Below, in pieces: positions 1-12,000 of a DNA stretch of 64,000 bases. The notes under the pieces were generated by a model. The model saw only the letters and a program-made list of their open reading frames with translations, was not told the origin of the DNA and did no database searches. How positions within the stretch are numbered: position 1 is the first letter of the stretch; every line of letters begins with the position of its first letter. A program made the translations under genes and the position numbers. The stretch is from a virus (lineage: Duplodnaviria > Caudoviricetes). Where the stretch lies: positions 128,001 to 192,000 of the IMG/VR virus record IMGVR_UViG_3300037692_000137. One strand, written 5' to 3'.

Positions 1-3000
1 GTATTCCTCAAAATCTTTTTTCCAAGATTTTTGAAATGGGGACTCACCAAAGTCTTTACCTGGGGTGGCGGTGACTGTGGGGGTATACCCTTTACCTGAC
101 TGTAACAGCGTGGTAGTGGCTACGTCACTAAAAAAACGCTCCCCTAGGTCAAACTCTTTTTTGAAATCTTTTGCTGATATAGCTCTAATACCTGCTCCGG
201 CGCCGGCTACAAACTCGTTAAGTATTTCTATTTTGTCAGTTAACTCATCTTGTATATGATTAGCTGGGAAAATATTCTCAACCAGTTGTTGCATGTTTTT
301 ATCAAAAGAGCGTTCTTCCACCTTTAATGTTTTTGTATTAAAATACTGTGCTACCCATTCAAACACACCATCAGAAGTTTCTTTAAGTTTAACTATTGCC
401 TGTTTACCGGCCATATTGTACTTTGCTGTTACATCATCCATAAAGAGTACTATATCATTATTAAGCACTTTACCCTGACGTTCAAAAAGGCCGGCAGACT
501 CTAGTTTACCCTTAGTTAACTCTTTTGTAAAACCCAACGACTTAGCTTCGGGTAAAGCTCTTTGCATAACTGTTTGGCCTAAAACATCCTGCCAATTAAT
601 TTTACCTTTAAGGGAGGCCACATTTAGCCTGGGCTCCATATTTACAATAACATCATAGCCTTCTTTTAATCTAGGATCGGCAAATATCTTGGCAACCTCA
701 TTTGGGTCTAGGCCCTTAGTATTAATATTACCTAATACATTACTAAATTCTTTGTAAGTAGATGCGTAGTCAGTTCTAAGTGCCTTTAAGGCTTCTTGGT
801 ATTTTTTAATATCTTTGTCAATAGCAGAGGACATAGGGGACTTTGCTTTTATTGCCAGTAACTTATTTAATTGTGCAGTTATGTCAGCAATAGCTTTGGC
901 AGGTGCCACTTTAATACCTTTGGCTAGCATTTCACCAATAACAGGTATTTCACTGGCCATATCTTTAAGCATTTTTTTAGTATTTTCAGAGCCTCCTGTT
1001 TTAGTTAAATCTTCTATAAATTTAGAAGCTACGTCTACTTCGGACTCAGCTAATTGTTTGGTCTTAGACTTATCAAGCACTTTAAAGTAGTCAGCAAAGT
1101 TTGTACTAACTTTAAGCACCGCATTACCCACTTTATCATAGCCTAATACCAAGTTGCTGTTAGATTCTGCTAACTGATTTGCTAAGCTTATGACATCTTC
1201 TTGCGCTTTACCTAAAGTAACTATTGGCGCTTCATACGTACTTAAGGACTTTCTACGTTCTTGAACACCAGGATCTCTTAATTTATTTAAGTCCTCTATC
1301 TTATTTTGTAAAACATCGTAGGAAGCGGCCATATTTTTAATATTAGTGAGACTGTCCTCTTGAACGCTACGGGTATTGTACATAGAATCTGCGTAGTCTT
1401 GCGCAGACTGTGTCATTCTATGGTATTGGTCCCCTAATACTTTTATAGCAGGCACTAAAGCTGCTATTGTGGTCAGTAATGGGGCTACGGCAGCTACAAA
1501 TGATGTATCATCAGTAGCTAGATTCTCAGTTAACTTTTTGCCTATATCGCCCAGAGAGTCACCAAAACCTTTTACAGCCATACCCCCTAAATATGATCCC
1601 ATTCCAGCTACTTCAGCGCCCATGGCCAAACCACCAGAAACTAGTTTCTTTAAAGCCTGATGTATACCTAGTTCTTTTACTGTTTTTTCTACATCCTCTT
1701 TGGTCATACTATTACGTTTTCTAATGTCTGCTACGGTTTCACCTATACCAGCGGTACTACTAAGTTTGGTACCCACTGTTTTACCAGCAGATCCGAAGGA
1801 CGCTATACCTTTACCTGTAGTAGAAATGCTATCAGCAACAAAGCTATTAAATACTTTACCAACTTCTTGTAATTTAAAAGCCAGCTTACCAAAAGATGAA
1901 TGAAAGTCAGATAGTTTAACACCTCTGGCTACGTCTGTTTTTTCGCCTTCTGGGCCAGCAGTAGTAAATTTACCTAATGTCTTTAAACCAGCAGTGGCCA
2001 GTTTACCACCACCTAAACCAAACAGCTCATACTTAGTCTTAGCCAGTTCTTTACTGAACTGTGCTCCAGCGCCGGATATACCTAAAAAGTCTTTACCACC
2101 AGCAAGCATGTCACCTAAGGATTCAGCTAACTGCTGCCCTTTAGTCATATAGGCTAACAAGGTCACAAAAGCAGCTCCGGCAGCTTTAATTGGTGCGGGT
2201 ATAGCTGATAATGCCTCTAAAAATGTTTTAACACCGCTTAAGCCAATTTTAAACGCAGGGAGCGCTACTTTACCAATAGACATCTGCAGTTCTACTAAAG
2301 CAACTTTAGTTTGTTCAAGTTGTTTCCTATAAGTGCCCATTAATTCAGCATTACGCCTTTCTGCCGAACCTTTGGAGTTCATACTATCTTTGGTGGCTCT
2401 TAAAGCTTGGTCCCAGTTATCCATTAAAGCTATAAGAGAGTTGTATTGTCTAGTACCACCAAGTGCTTGGGAGGTGGTTAATTTTTGTGCATTGCTAAGG
2501 TCTTTCCATTTTTTGCTTAGGTCATCTAAAACATTAAACCCAGCCCTTAATTGCCCAGTAGGCTCCATAACAGGGATACCAAGTTTACCTAGTTGCTGTG
2601 GCCCTTTTTCTGCGGAGAGCCTACGTAAAATAAATCTAAGTGAGGTACCAACCTCTTTACCTGACTGCCTTGTAGTTGAACCTATAGCAGCTACAATACC
2701 ATTTAATTGGTCAAAAGTAACACCGGCAATTTTAGCTGCGGAAGCAGATTTTTGGATAGCGTTAGCTAGATCACCAGCAGTAATAGCGCTCTTGGCTTCA
2801 ACCTCACTCCAAGCGTCCAAAAAGCGCATGGCACTGTTGCCCTCTTCTTGATAAATTTTCATAGCTGAGGTTAACGCTTCAGTAGCTTCAGAGGCCTTTA
2901 ATGTTGTAACATTAGCTGCTAAAGTAGATACTCTAGTTCTATCAATAATTTCTGCTTGTGTTAAACCTTGTTGTGCAAAAACGTTCATGGATTGTAGTAT

Positions 3001-6000
3001 ATCAGTTACACCGACACCGTACTGTTTAGCAAATTTAACCGCTGCTGCCGATAATCCTTCAATATCGGCTGATAAAGGGTTTAACATCATTTTAAGAGTA
3101 GCCAAACCATATTCTATTTCGGATAAGGTGCTGATGGCTTGTTTAAGCTGAGCAAAACCACCATAAACTACAGAAGAAGCGGCACCCCATTTAACCGCAC
3201 GGCCTATTGCGCCCCTAAAACCGCTATTAGATCCCTGCATAGCGGCGGCTAAGTCTCTCTCTTTTATAGTTATATCGCTTAATGACTTACCATATTTAGC
3301 AAAGTCTACTACTACATTACGCACAATTTGACCGGTTTGATCAAGTACTTTAATAGGATACGATCTAACCTCACCTACACGAGCACCACCAGCCTCTTGT
3401 GGTTTCTCAAAATATTCTTTTACTTTCTCTACATTACTTGTATGCATCGCAAGCTGTTCTTTTGGTGCTAACCACTTAGGAACTGGCACGGCACCGGCCT
3501 CACCCCAGTCTTTATTAGCAGACTGATTTATCATGGTGTATGAGTTCTCTACCGATTTTAGATACTTTATGACAGTTTCTAAATTCTTCTTTTGGGCTGC
3601 TCCAAAATCGTCTGTTAAATTATACTTCATATAACGTTCGAGAGAAGCACGAAGCCTGCTTAATTTTTCTGCTAAAAGGTCAAAGTCCCAAGCATGCATA
3701 ACATCTGAGCCCATTCTAGTAAGCATCTCAGCGTTCTGCATCATGTCTACCATTTCTCTTTTAACATTGGACCCTGTTATTGTGGATACTGCTGTGCGCG
3801 CTTTTTCTACTGCAGGTGTCATGGTGTTATCTTTTTGTAAGTCAGCCACTATATTTTCAAACATAGCTTGCAGTTGTTTATCGTCACCCAAAGGTGTGGT
3901 AGATTTAGTAGCCAGTTCTCCTGGTGTCTGATAAACGTTTAGTCTACGTGCCATTTCTGGCATTACAAACTTTTTATCTTCTGTGTAAATGTCTGTTCTA
4001 GAACCAGCTACCCTACTAACAAACTTACGCATCCTAGCAATAGCAGATTGTGCTTTACCGTAACTTGCAGTCTCTGATTCAAAGTCTTTTGACGTACTGG
4101 CAGCTTCGTATGCTTTTTTAGCTTCTTTGGCCTGTGATAAATAGTAGTCACCTTCAGCCATTCTGTACAACTTCCAGGCTTTATTTAATTGTGCGCCGGC
4201 TTTACGTTCACCCTCAGGACCTCCTTGATCGGTAGCAAGCTGTTTAAATTTATCTGTTGCTGCTCTGAATTTATCCATATCAGGGCCGGTTTTGCCCGTA
4301 CCCCTAATTATGTCTGACAAATCTTTACTTACTTTTTCTAGATTATTAAGTTCTTCATCATAGTTAATATTACGTACCTGCCGTTGAAATTCTTTGGCAG
4401 CTGTATGAAACGTGATAAAGTTCTCCAAATCAGCCCACACATCTTTACCAGATGCTATTTTAGGGCTGTATAATTTATCTATATCACTAATTGAATCGGT
4501 TTCGTCAAGTTTAAACCCTTTAACTTTCTCTTCATTTTCTTTAGGTGTCATCGGTCTGTAAGAAGAGGTTCTTTGTCGCCCCCCACCAGCACTTTTAATT
4601 GACTCAAAATGTTTTGAGGACTCATCTAACATACTTTTTAAATCAGACTCACTTATGTTTAAAGGACTGGCCTTCTTTGCTGCATTCTCCTGTTCTTCTA
4701 AGCTACCGGTGGTTCTAAACTTACCAGCAAATCTTCTGGCTTTGGATATAGCATCTACATCTTTAGCCAGTAATGCTGGGTCTTGTTTAAACTTTACAAC
4801 TTCTGGTGTATCAGTTCCCTTACTAGTACTACTATAATAGTTAGCCTCGCCTTTAGAGGAGCCAATAGCTGACATATAAACATTTAATTGTGATGCCACG
4901 TCGAGCAGTTTATAGGCCGCGGCCAAACTAGGTTTATCCCCTTTTTCAATTAGTTTAGCATAAACCTCTGGAAAATCGGATGTGCCCGCAGCCTGTATAG
5001 CGACCCCTATGGCGTTTTTAACACCCTCACCTACTGTCTTTATATCTATGGGATACTTTTCACCTGTTGTTTCATTTTTCATTACAACATCTATGTGCCC
5101 AGTTATAGTACCGGCTTTTGTAGTTAAAGCTACAAATTGCTCTATCGCCGATGATGGGTCCATAGACATTATATCTTTTTGTATTTTAGCATGTATAGCT
5201 TGACCAACAAGTGCTGAGGCTTCTAAAAAGTCGTTTGGAACACCACCCTTTTCTCCGCGCATGGCTGCTACTATAGCGGTCAGCTGGCTACTATTTAATT
5301 CTTTTTCGGAGAAATCTTCTCTTTTAAAACCGCTTTTATACTCACCTCCGCCAGCTAAGGCGCTGGCCCGATACATTGTTTCGTATGTAGCCCCATTAAG
5401 TTCATTATTACCACCTGTTATTTGGTTGGACCATTTTTTAAGTTGTTCCACGTCAACAGCCGGCTCGGAGGCCATTTTAGTTTTAGAAGAAGGTGGTGTG
5501 TCCCCTACAAACAGCCCTATACCAGAAGCTATGCTTTGTAAATGTACATTTAAAGCACCGCCTGTAAAAGTAAAAGGGCCGCCAGGAACGCCTGCCCCTG
5601 GAGCACTTATTCCAGGAGTAACGGGTGGTGGTGTGCCACCTACAGAGCCAGTAAGATCCGCATCCATTATAGGAGATGCTACCTTAACTGCTTCTATACC
5701 GGCTGCTGAAGGATAGGCGGTACCCTTTGCGCTACGTCCCGAAGAAACAGGCGGTAACATAGCAGCCACATCCATACCTGAAGCACTTGAGGTCTTAAAT
5801 ACCTTTAAGGCCCTATCTAATGAATACAGTGACTTCATTTTTTCTGAGAATACTTTTACATATTCATCAACTTTGGTTTGCAGTTCTTCTGGGGTTAATC
5901 CTTGATCTTTAAATTTTGTTTCAGCTATCTTGCTAAGTTCGCTCTTACCTAATAACTCTATTTCTTGTAGCACTGAAGGCTCTACTACAGGTAGTCCAGC

Positions 6001-9000
6001 CAGTGTGGTATAGTAATCTACAACATCACGCATGCGCATTAGATCTTTAGCTGAAGATCTATCTTTAAATACCTGCTCATGTATTGGTGACATATCAGCT
6101 AGGTCACCAGTAGTTAATTCAGTAAGTTTACCTATACTGTCTTGTATTGACTTAACATCTAGCGGCTCATAATTAGCTATGGCCGCAGTTGCTGCCTGGA
6201 CGTCCTTCTGAGAATTTTTCAGCCTGTCTGCGGATGTCTTTACTAGTTCACCGTATGCCCCAGATCCGGATACTTCATATAGCTGATTGAGTTCATCCTC
6301 TAAATTGGCTGCTGTAGCTACTGCTTTTGCCATGCTAGAAGAATATCGGGCTTCTTCTTTTTTGCCATAAGACCCTGGCTGTAATTTAGCTATACCCACA
6401 TCTAAGTCTAATGAGCCCTTACCATGTTTACTAATGTAAGCACCAGCTTGGCTTTCTGTGGTAGCACCGGCAGTTCTAAACTTATATAAAGGGGCCTCTT
6501 TACTGGTTATGAGGCTTGAGGCTACCGCAGATGGACTTGACTCTTTTAGTCTACGTGTGTATTCTTCCTCGGCCGCGGCTTTAAGAGTATCAGGAGACAT
6601 CCCTTTACCTCTTGTAGCGGCTATTTGTTTTTGTAATGTATCTAGAGCCGAATTTCTAATAGACTGCTCTAACCGTGTTAGAAAGCCTCTAAAACCCATC
6701 TTGTCTACCATCTCAGCAGTAAACTTATCTATGTCAGATAAATCGGCGGTTACACCGTAGGCAGAGGCCATGCTTTGAACATCCTCTGTCATACCCTTAG
6801 ATAGCATACTATGTATTCTGTCTGTTATAGCCTGTGCGTCTGCTTTAACAAAGTCTTTAAGATCTTCATAGTCTTTGTTGTTTAAAACATTCTTATAAAC
6901 TTTTTCTCCGCCGCCTAGTTCCATTATATCTTTAGTGATGTCTGAAGATACTGATGCCGCGCCAGCATGTTTAACATCCATACCTTTTTGTAGACTAAAT
7001 CTGGTTAGCTCATTCATTCTAGATTGTTCGTCTCTAGAGAACTTCTGGTCGCCCTTGGCGCCTATTAAACTTGAACCGCCCGATACATCTTTATTATAGG
7101 AAAGACTTAGTCTAGTAAAAGCCTCTGTTTCAGGACCAGTGTGTATTTTAAATAACTGCGCTGCCACAGCAGACTTAGTACGCTCATTAGCTAGAGTAGC
7201 TCCGGTTTGAAACTTAAAAGACTTTTTAAACTTGTCATCTAGCGTCTCTACTACCTCAGCTATTTTATCTGCGTTATTTTTTAATTCATCAGCGTTGCTA
7301 AGATCTTTTATATTAGATACAGCAGTTTCTAGTTTATCGGCATCGGTTTTATCCAACATATTGCTTACTTGCTCTAATACTTTGTTTAAATCTTTAGAAT
7401 CCCCAGCCAAAGCTTGGAGTTGCTCTGATAAAGATAAAAAGCCCATATCTTCTGTAGCAAAAGGTTTCTGCATAAAGCTAAAACCTTTTTCTGTTGGGAA
7501 CTTTTTAGCAAAAGATTCACCCATTTCAGCCAGTGTATATTCTGAAGCAGGTGGTTGAACAGCGCCGTAAGTAAACTGGTCTCTAAACACTGATGCTGTA
7601 TCAGTCAAATCTTGAGTTAGTGTGTCGTAATGCTTTTTAATGTCATTTCTAGACTTAAGATTAATAGCAGAGTGGATTTCTATTGCGTCACCGTCAAAGT
7701 CTAGTTTTTGTTGGTGTGCTATATACTTGGGCAGTAAATTAGATATAGCCGCATTAAGACCATCTATCAAATCAGTTAGTTTTGCAAGTTTTTCAGGGGA
7801 GGCCGCAGCACCTTTACCTAATTCTGTTGCCCGCACCGTGGACAAAGATTCTCTCTGTTTTGTCACTCTCTGGATAACCCCAGATAAAGCATCCATAGGT
7901 AAATTAGGCATGCCAGGGACAGCTAGTACATTACTAGCCATACCACCCTTACCTTCACCCAATAATTTAGCTTTATATGGTTGTATGGATGAGGTTCCTG
8001 TAAAGGGGTAACGTAAACTCTCTATATAGGGGGCTAGTTCTTCCTCTATATACTTCTTTATGGTTGCTTTTTCTTCGGAGGTATTACCTTTACCTTGCAG
8101 GTCTTGCGTATAACGCAGCATGTCTAGTAAAGTGCCTTCTACCTTAGTAGCTGGAGCAGCTTCTCCTTCTTTTGTAAATTTCTTGGTGAAGGATACAGGT
8201 ATCTTTCTGGCTATTTCCGCAGGGACTCCAATTTCATGCTGGCCTAATATTGGCAGACCTAACTCACTTGTGCGTTTTAAGCGCTCAGAATGTTTTTCTT
8301 TTATGGACTGTGTTTGTTCTTGTAGTGTTTTTAAATATTTAATACTTTTTTCTGATATCCCCATCTCTTGTTGCATTTCTGGTGATAGGCCCTCTAAATC
8401 ACTTATGATGGCGGACATCTGTGTATCAAATGTTTCTAGATCTTTTGTCTTATCAACAGTGGCGGAAACTGCCTTAGCCATAACAGCTGGAATTTTTCTG
8501 GTAAACAATGTTTCAGCTACAGAGCCACTCTTGCCCAATGTAGTTTCAGCTAAAGTCTCTAAGTAATTTATTTTAGCTTTTTGTACGGCCGCTAATTTAT
8601 TATTCATCTCTTGTTCTAGCATACCCTTACCACCAGAAAAGTCTTTACTGATGGTATTTAGTTGCTCAAGTAAATTACCCTTTGGATCTGTTTTAAACGG
8701 TACTTTACCCTCACTTAATTGACTAGAAACAGTGGCGCCAGCATGTCTAAGCGATTTAAGTATAGCATTATACCTTTTTTCAGCATAGTTAGCTTGTGAT
8801 TGAACAACACCTTCCATAGAACTAGCGTAAGATTTATTCATAGATTCAGATAGGGCATCATTTATATTTTTCTTAAATGTGATCCACATCTGTTCTAGCT
8901 CTTTTACATATTTAGGATCGTAGGTAGATAGTCTTCCACCTTTTACCCTTATATCACTAGTGGTGGATAAAACAGAGGATTTCAACATACCGGCAGCAGC

Positions 9001-12000
9001 CTCTTTCATAACTGCTTCAGCTGTTTTACGAGAGTCTACATTTTTAGCCATGTAGTATTGTTCAGTATTAGTTACAAAATCTTGATAGTCCTTAGCGGAG
9101 TTTATTAAGTTTTGTAACACACGTGTGGGTTCCTCAGGACCAAACTCACCCGCTACCAACGGCTCAGGGTAAACACCTCTACCGGCCGGGGAGGGCACGT
9201 AAAAGTCCTCAAAAGCTGTGGGCTTTTGCCCTAGCTTAGCTTTAGAAGCATCTGGGGAAGGTAGTTGCAACATGAATGGTTTATTGAATTTCTCAACATC
9301 CATAACGGTACCAAGCATGCTGCGTTTACCCTTATCCAGTGTTCCAGTAGAGTAGTCAAAAGAGTTCAATTCGTCTACTGATACCTTATCCAATTTATTT
9401 CGTAAGGCACCTAAAACCTCTGAGTCTTTATTAGTATTGGCTATTAAAGTTTTTATATATTCCCAATGTTTTTTATCAGTATCACTCAACTGCTCAACAA
9501 GGTCCGCCTGACTACCAGCACCTTGAATTGGTGTTTGGTTTATTTCCTTCATCAACTCAGAATCTTTGCCAAACACATTCAGGTAAGCAGTATAAGCAGG
9601 CACGTTTAACTTAGCGCCTTTTACACGTTTGCGCACGTCGGTGGTAGACCATGCCTCGGTAGCTGTGGGTTCTTCTACTACCTGTAAGAATTTTTGACCT
9701 ACTAGACTTTTTCGTTTTTCTCCAAATTCGTCTATAACCTCTGAGTAGAAATTAGACATTTCTTCAAGAGCTGCACCACGCTTTGCCATTACGGCGGCTT
9801 GATCAGACTGCTTACCACGCTGCATAAATATTTTTGTCAATTCTTTTTCTGCTTTACCTGGGTCTGTTCCCTTAAAACCCAAGGCGGAACTATATGTAGA
9901 TAAGGACTCTTTGCCGCCACCAAGTAATTTTTTATACATGTCAGGATCAAAAGTGTCACGTAGTGTGGTATGTGCCTCATCTTTTTCCGAGGCTTTCTGA
10001 ACGTTAGCTACGTTGTTAAGTATTGTTTCTAATACCTCTGTCTGTAAACCACGTTTACCAGCACCTAAAGAGCTAATTCTAACATCGATAGGTTTTAGTT
10101 CGTATAAACCACCCTCTTTAATCATACTACTATATGTTTGTTTTAGGTTGTTTATGCCGTCTACACCGTCTGTTATAGCTATACCGATAGAGCTAAACAG
10201 CTCTTTGGCCTTATTGTATATATCTTGCTGTATTGTGGCCTCCTCTGGAACTGTCAACCCTGAAGTAGCATCTTTAAAATACTCTATCATAAACTTATTA
10301 CCGGAATTTATGAGTTGTGATTTTAGTCCTTCTACTTCTGATTGAGAAGCGCCAGATGCTGTAAGCCCCTCTATTTGACTATCTAGTAATTCAGCTGCCA
10401 ACTGTCCCATACTTTTAGGCATTTTGGCAGTACCTAAACCAGCGTTTACCTGCTCTTCACTAGTGAGCACTTTTATGTTTTTATCACCCCAAGTTTTAAG
10501 AATATCTGACATTTTAGATGTGTCAGTAGAGGTCATAGAAACACCTTTTGAACCAAAACGAGTAGTAAATTTTCTACCGAAATGATTCATAAAAACTTCG
10601 GCCACTTTTGCTGCCTGTACTTCTACATTCTCAGAACGTACCGTAGCCATACTTTTCTGTACTTCTGTAATAAAAGCTTTATCAGCCCGGCCTTTATACG
10701 TATTACTGACCCCCATCATATCTTGAAACTGGCTATATACTTTATTAATAGCGTCAGCTGAGTCTACATCTTTTAATACGCCTGGCTTAACATCAGATAC
10801 AGCCTCAGTACCTTTACCAGAAGTACTTAGCTCCTTACCGAGCATTCTACCGCCGGCGGCAGGTAAAACTAACGTCTTTGTTAAAGAAGTAACAGCATCA
10901 GCTAATTTACCAGATACAAGTATCTGGTCCTCAAAAGTACCAGAAGTGTGTCGTAGCTCCGCAGTTACATTGAACCCATAGCCCTTCTCACCATAACGAC
11001 CGCCTTCTATTAAAGATTTTTCACGCTCTGTTCTTAATGTGGGTGTTGTTGTGCCTAGACCCTTTACACGGGATACACCAAATTTATCAGTAAGCCCGTT
11101 TATCTCATCTATAGAAGAAGACATAGCGTTAGTAACGCCGGCTATGTTACGCCCCAGTTGTTGAAATTCACCAAAAGGTGCCATGCTTGTTAAGTCATCA
11201 ACAAACATTTTTATGTTAGTTCCACCTAGCGCTTTTAGATAAGATAACCCCTCTTCATAATCTTTGTTATCTTCATCTGCGCCTCTAACTTTATTAGACT
11301 TAAGATAGGCTATAGAGCTGGCCTGGGATTCAGGTATACCCAAAGAGGCTAGTTTTCTTCCTTGCGAGGGTAATTCCTGTAATCGTTTAACAATCAGTGT
11401 AGACTCCGGAGATTCTGTGGCTAGTTTAGCTAGCATATCTCTTTCAGCGTACATTTCTTTGAAACGTAGATTTAAGTCTTTAATATAGTTTTTATGCTCT
11501 TCTGGTTTTAACTCATAATCTCTCTCAGTAGGATATAGTCCTGGAGTACCTCTAGAAAGAAGATTAACCACGTTGGACTGTTGTAATCCTCGGCGAGGTT
11601 TGCCTGGTTCTATTAGAGGCATTAGCTGCTCTACTTGCTTTGTGGCACTTTCAAAGCCTCTGGCACCACTTTGGTATGCTGGTTTTTCTACTAATTTTTT
11701 AAGTGGTGCTTCTAAAACCTTACCATAGATATCATATATATTTTTAAATTCTACCTTGTCCAAAGCTTTAGCAAAATCGTATGCGGATACTTGGGCCGCG
11801 TTCATTATATTGACAAATGACATAACCTGTGTTTTAAGGTCTTTATTTGGATCAAGTGTAAACTGATCTATTTGCTTATTTATATTGGTTAATGTAGGCT
11901 GTATATCTAAGTCAGGGTCTATGCGTTTTTTCTGAACCATTGTTGAAACTGCGGCTGCCTTGTACCCCTCCTTAATACCCGAGAATTCCTTTGTTACACG

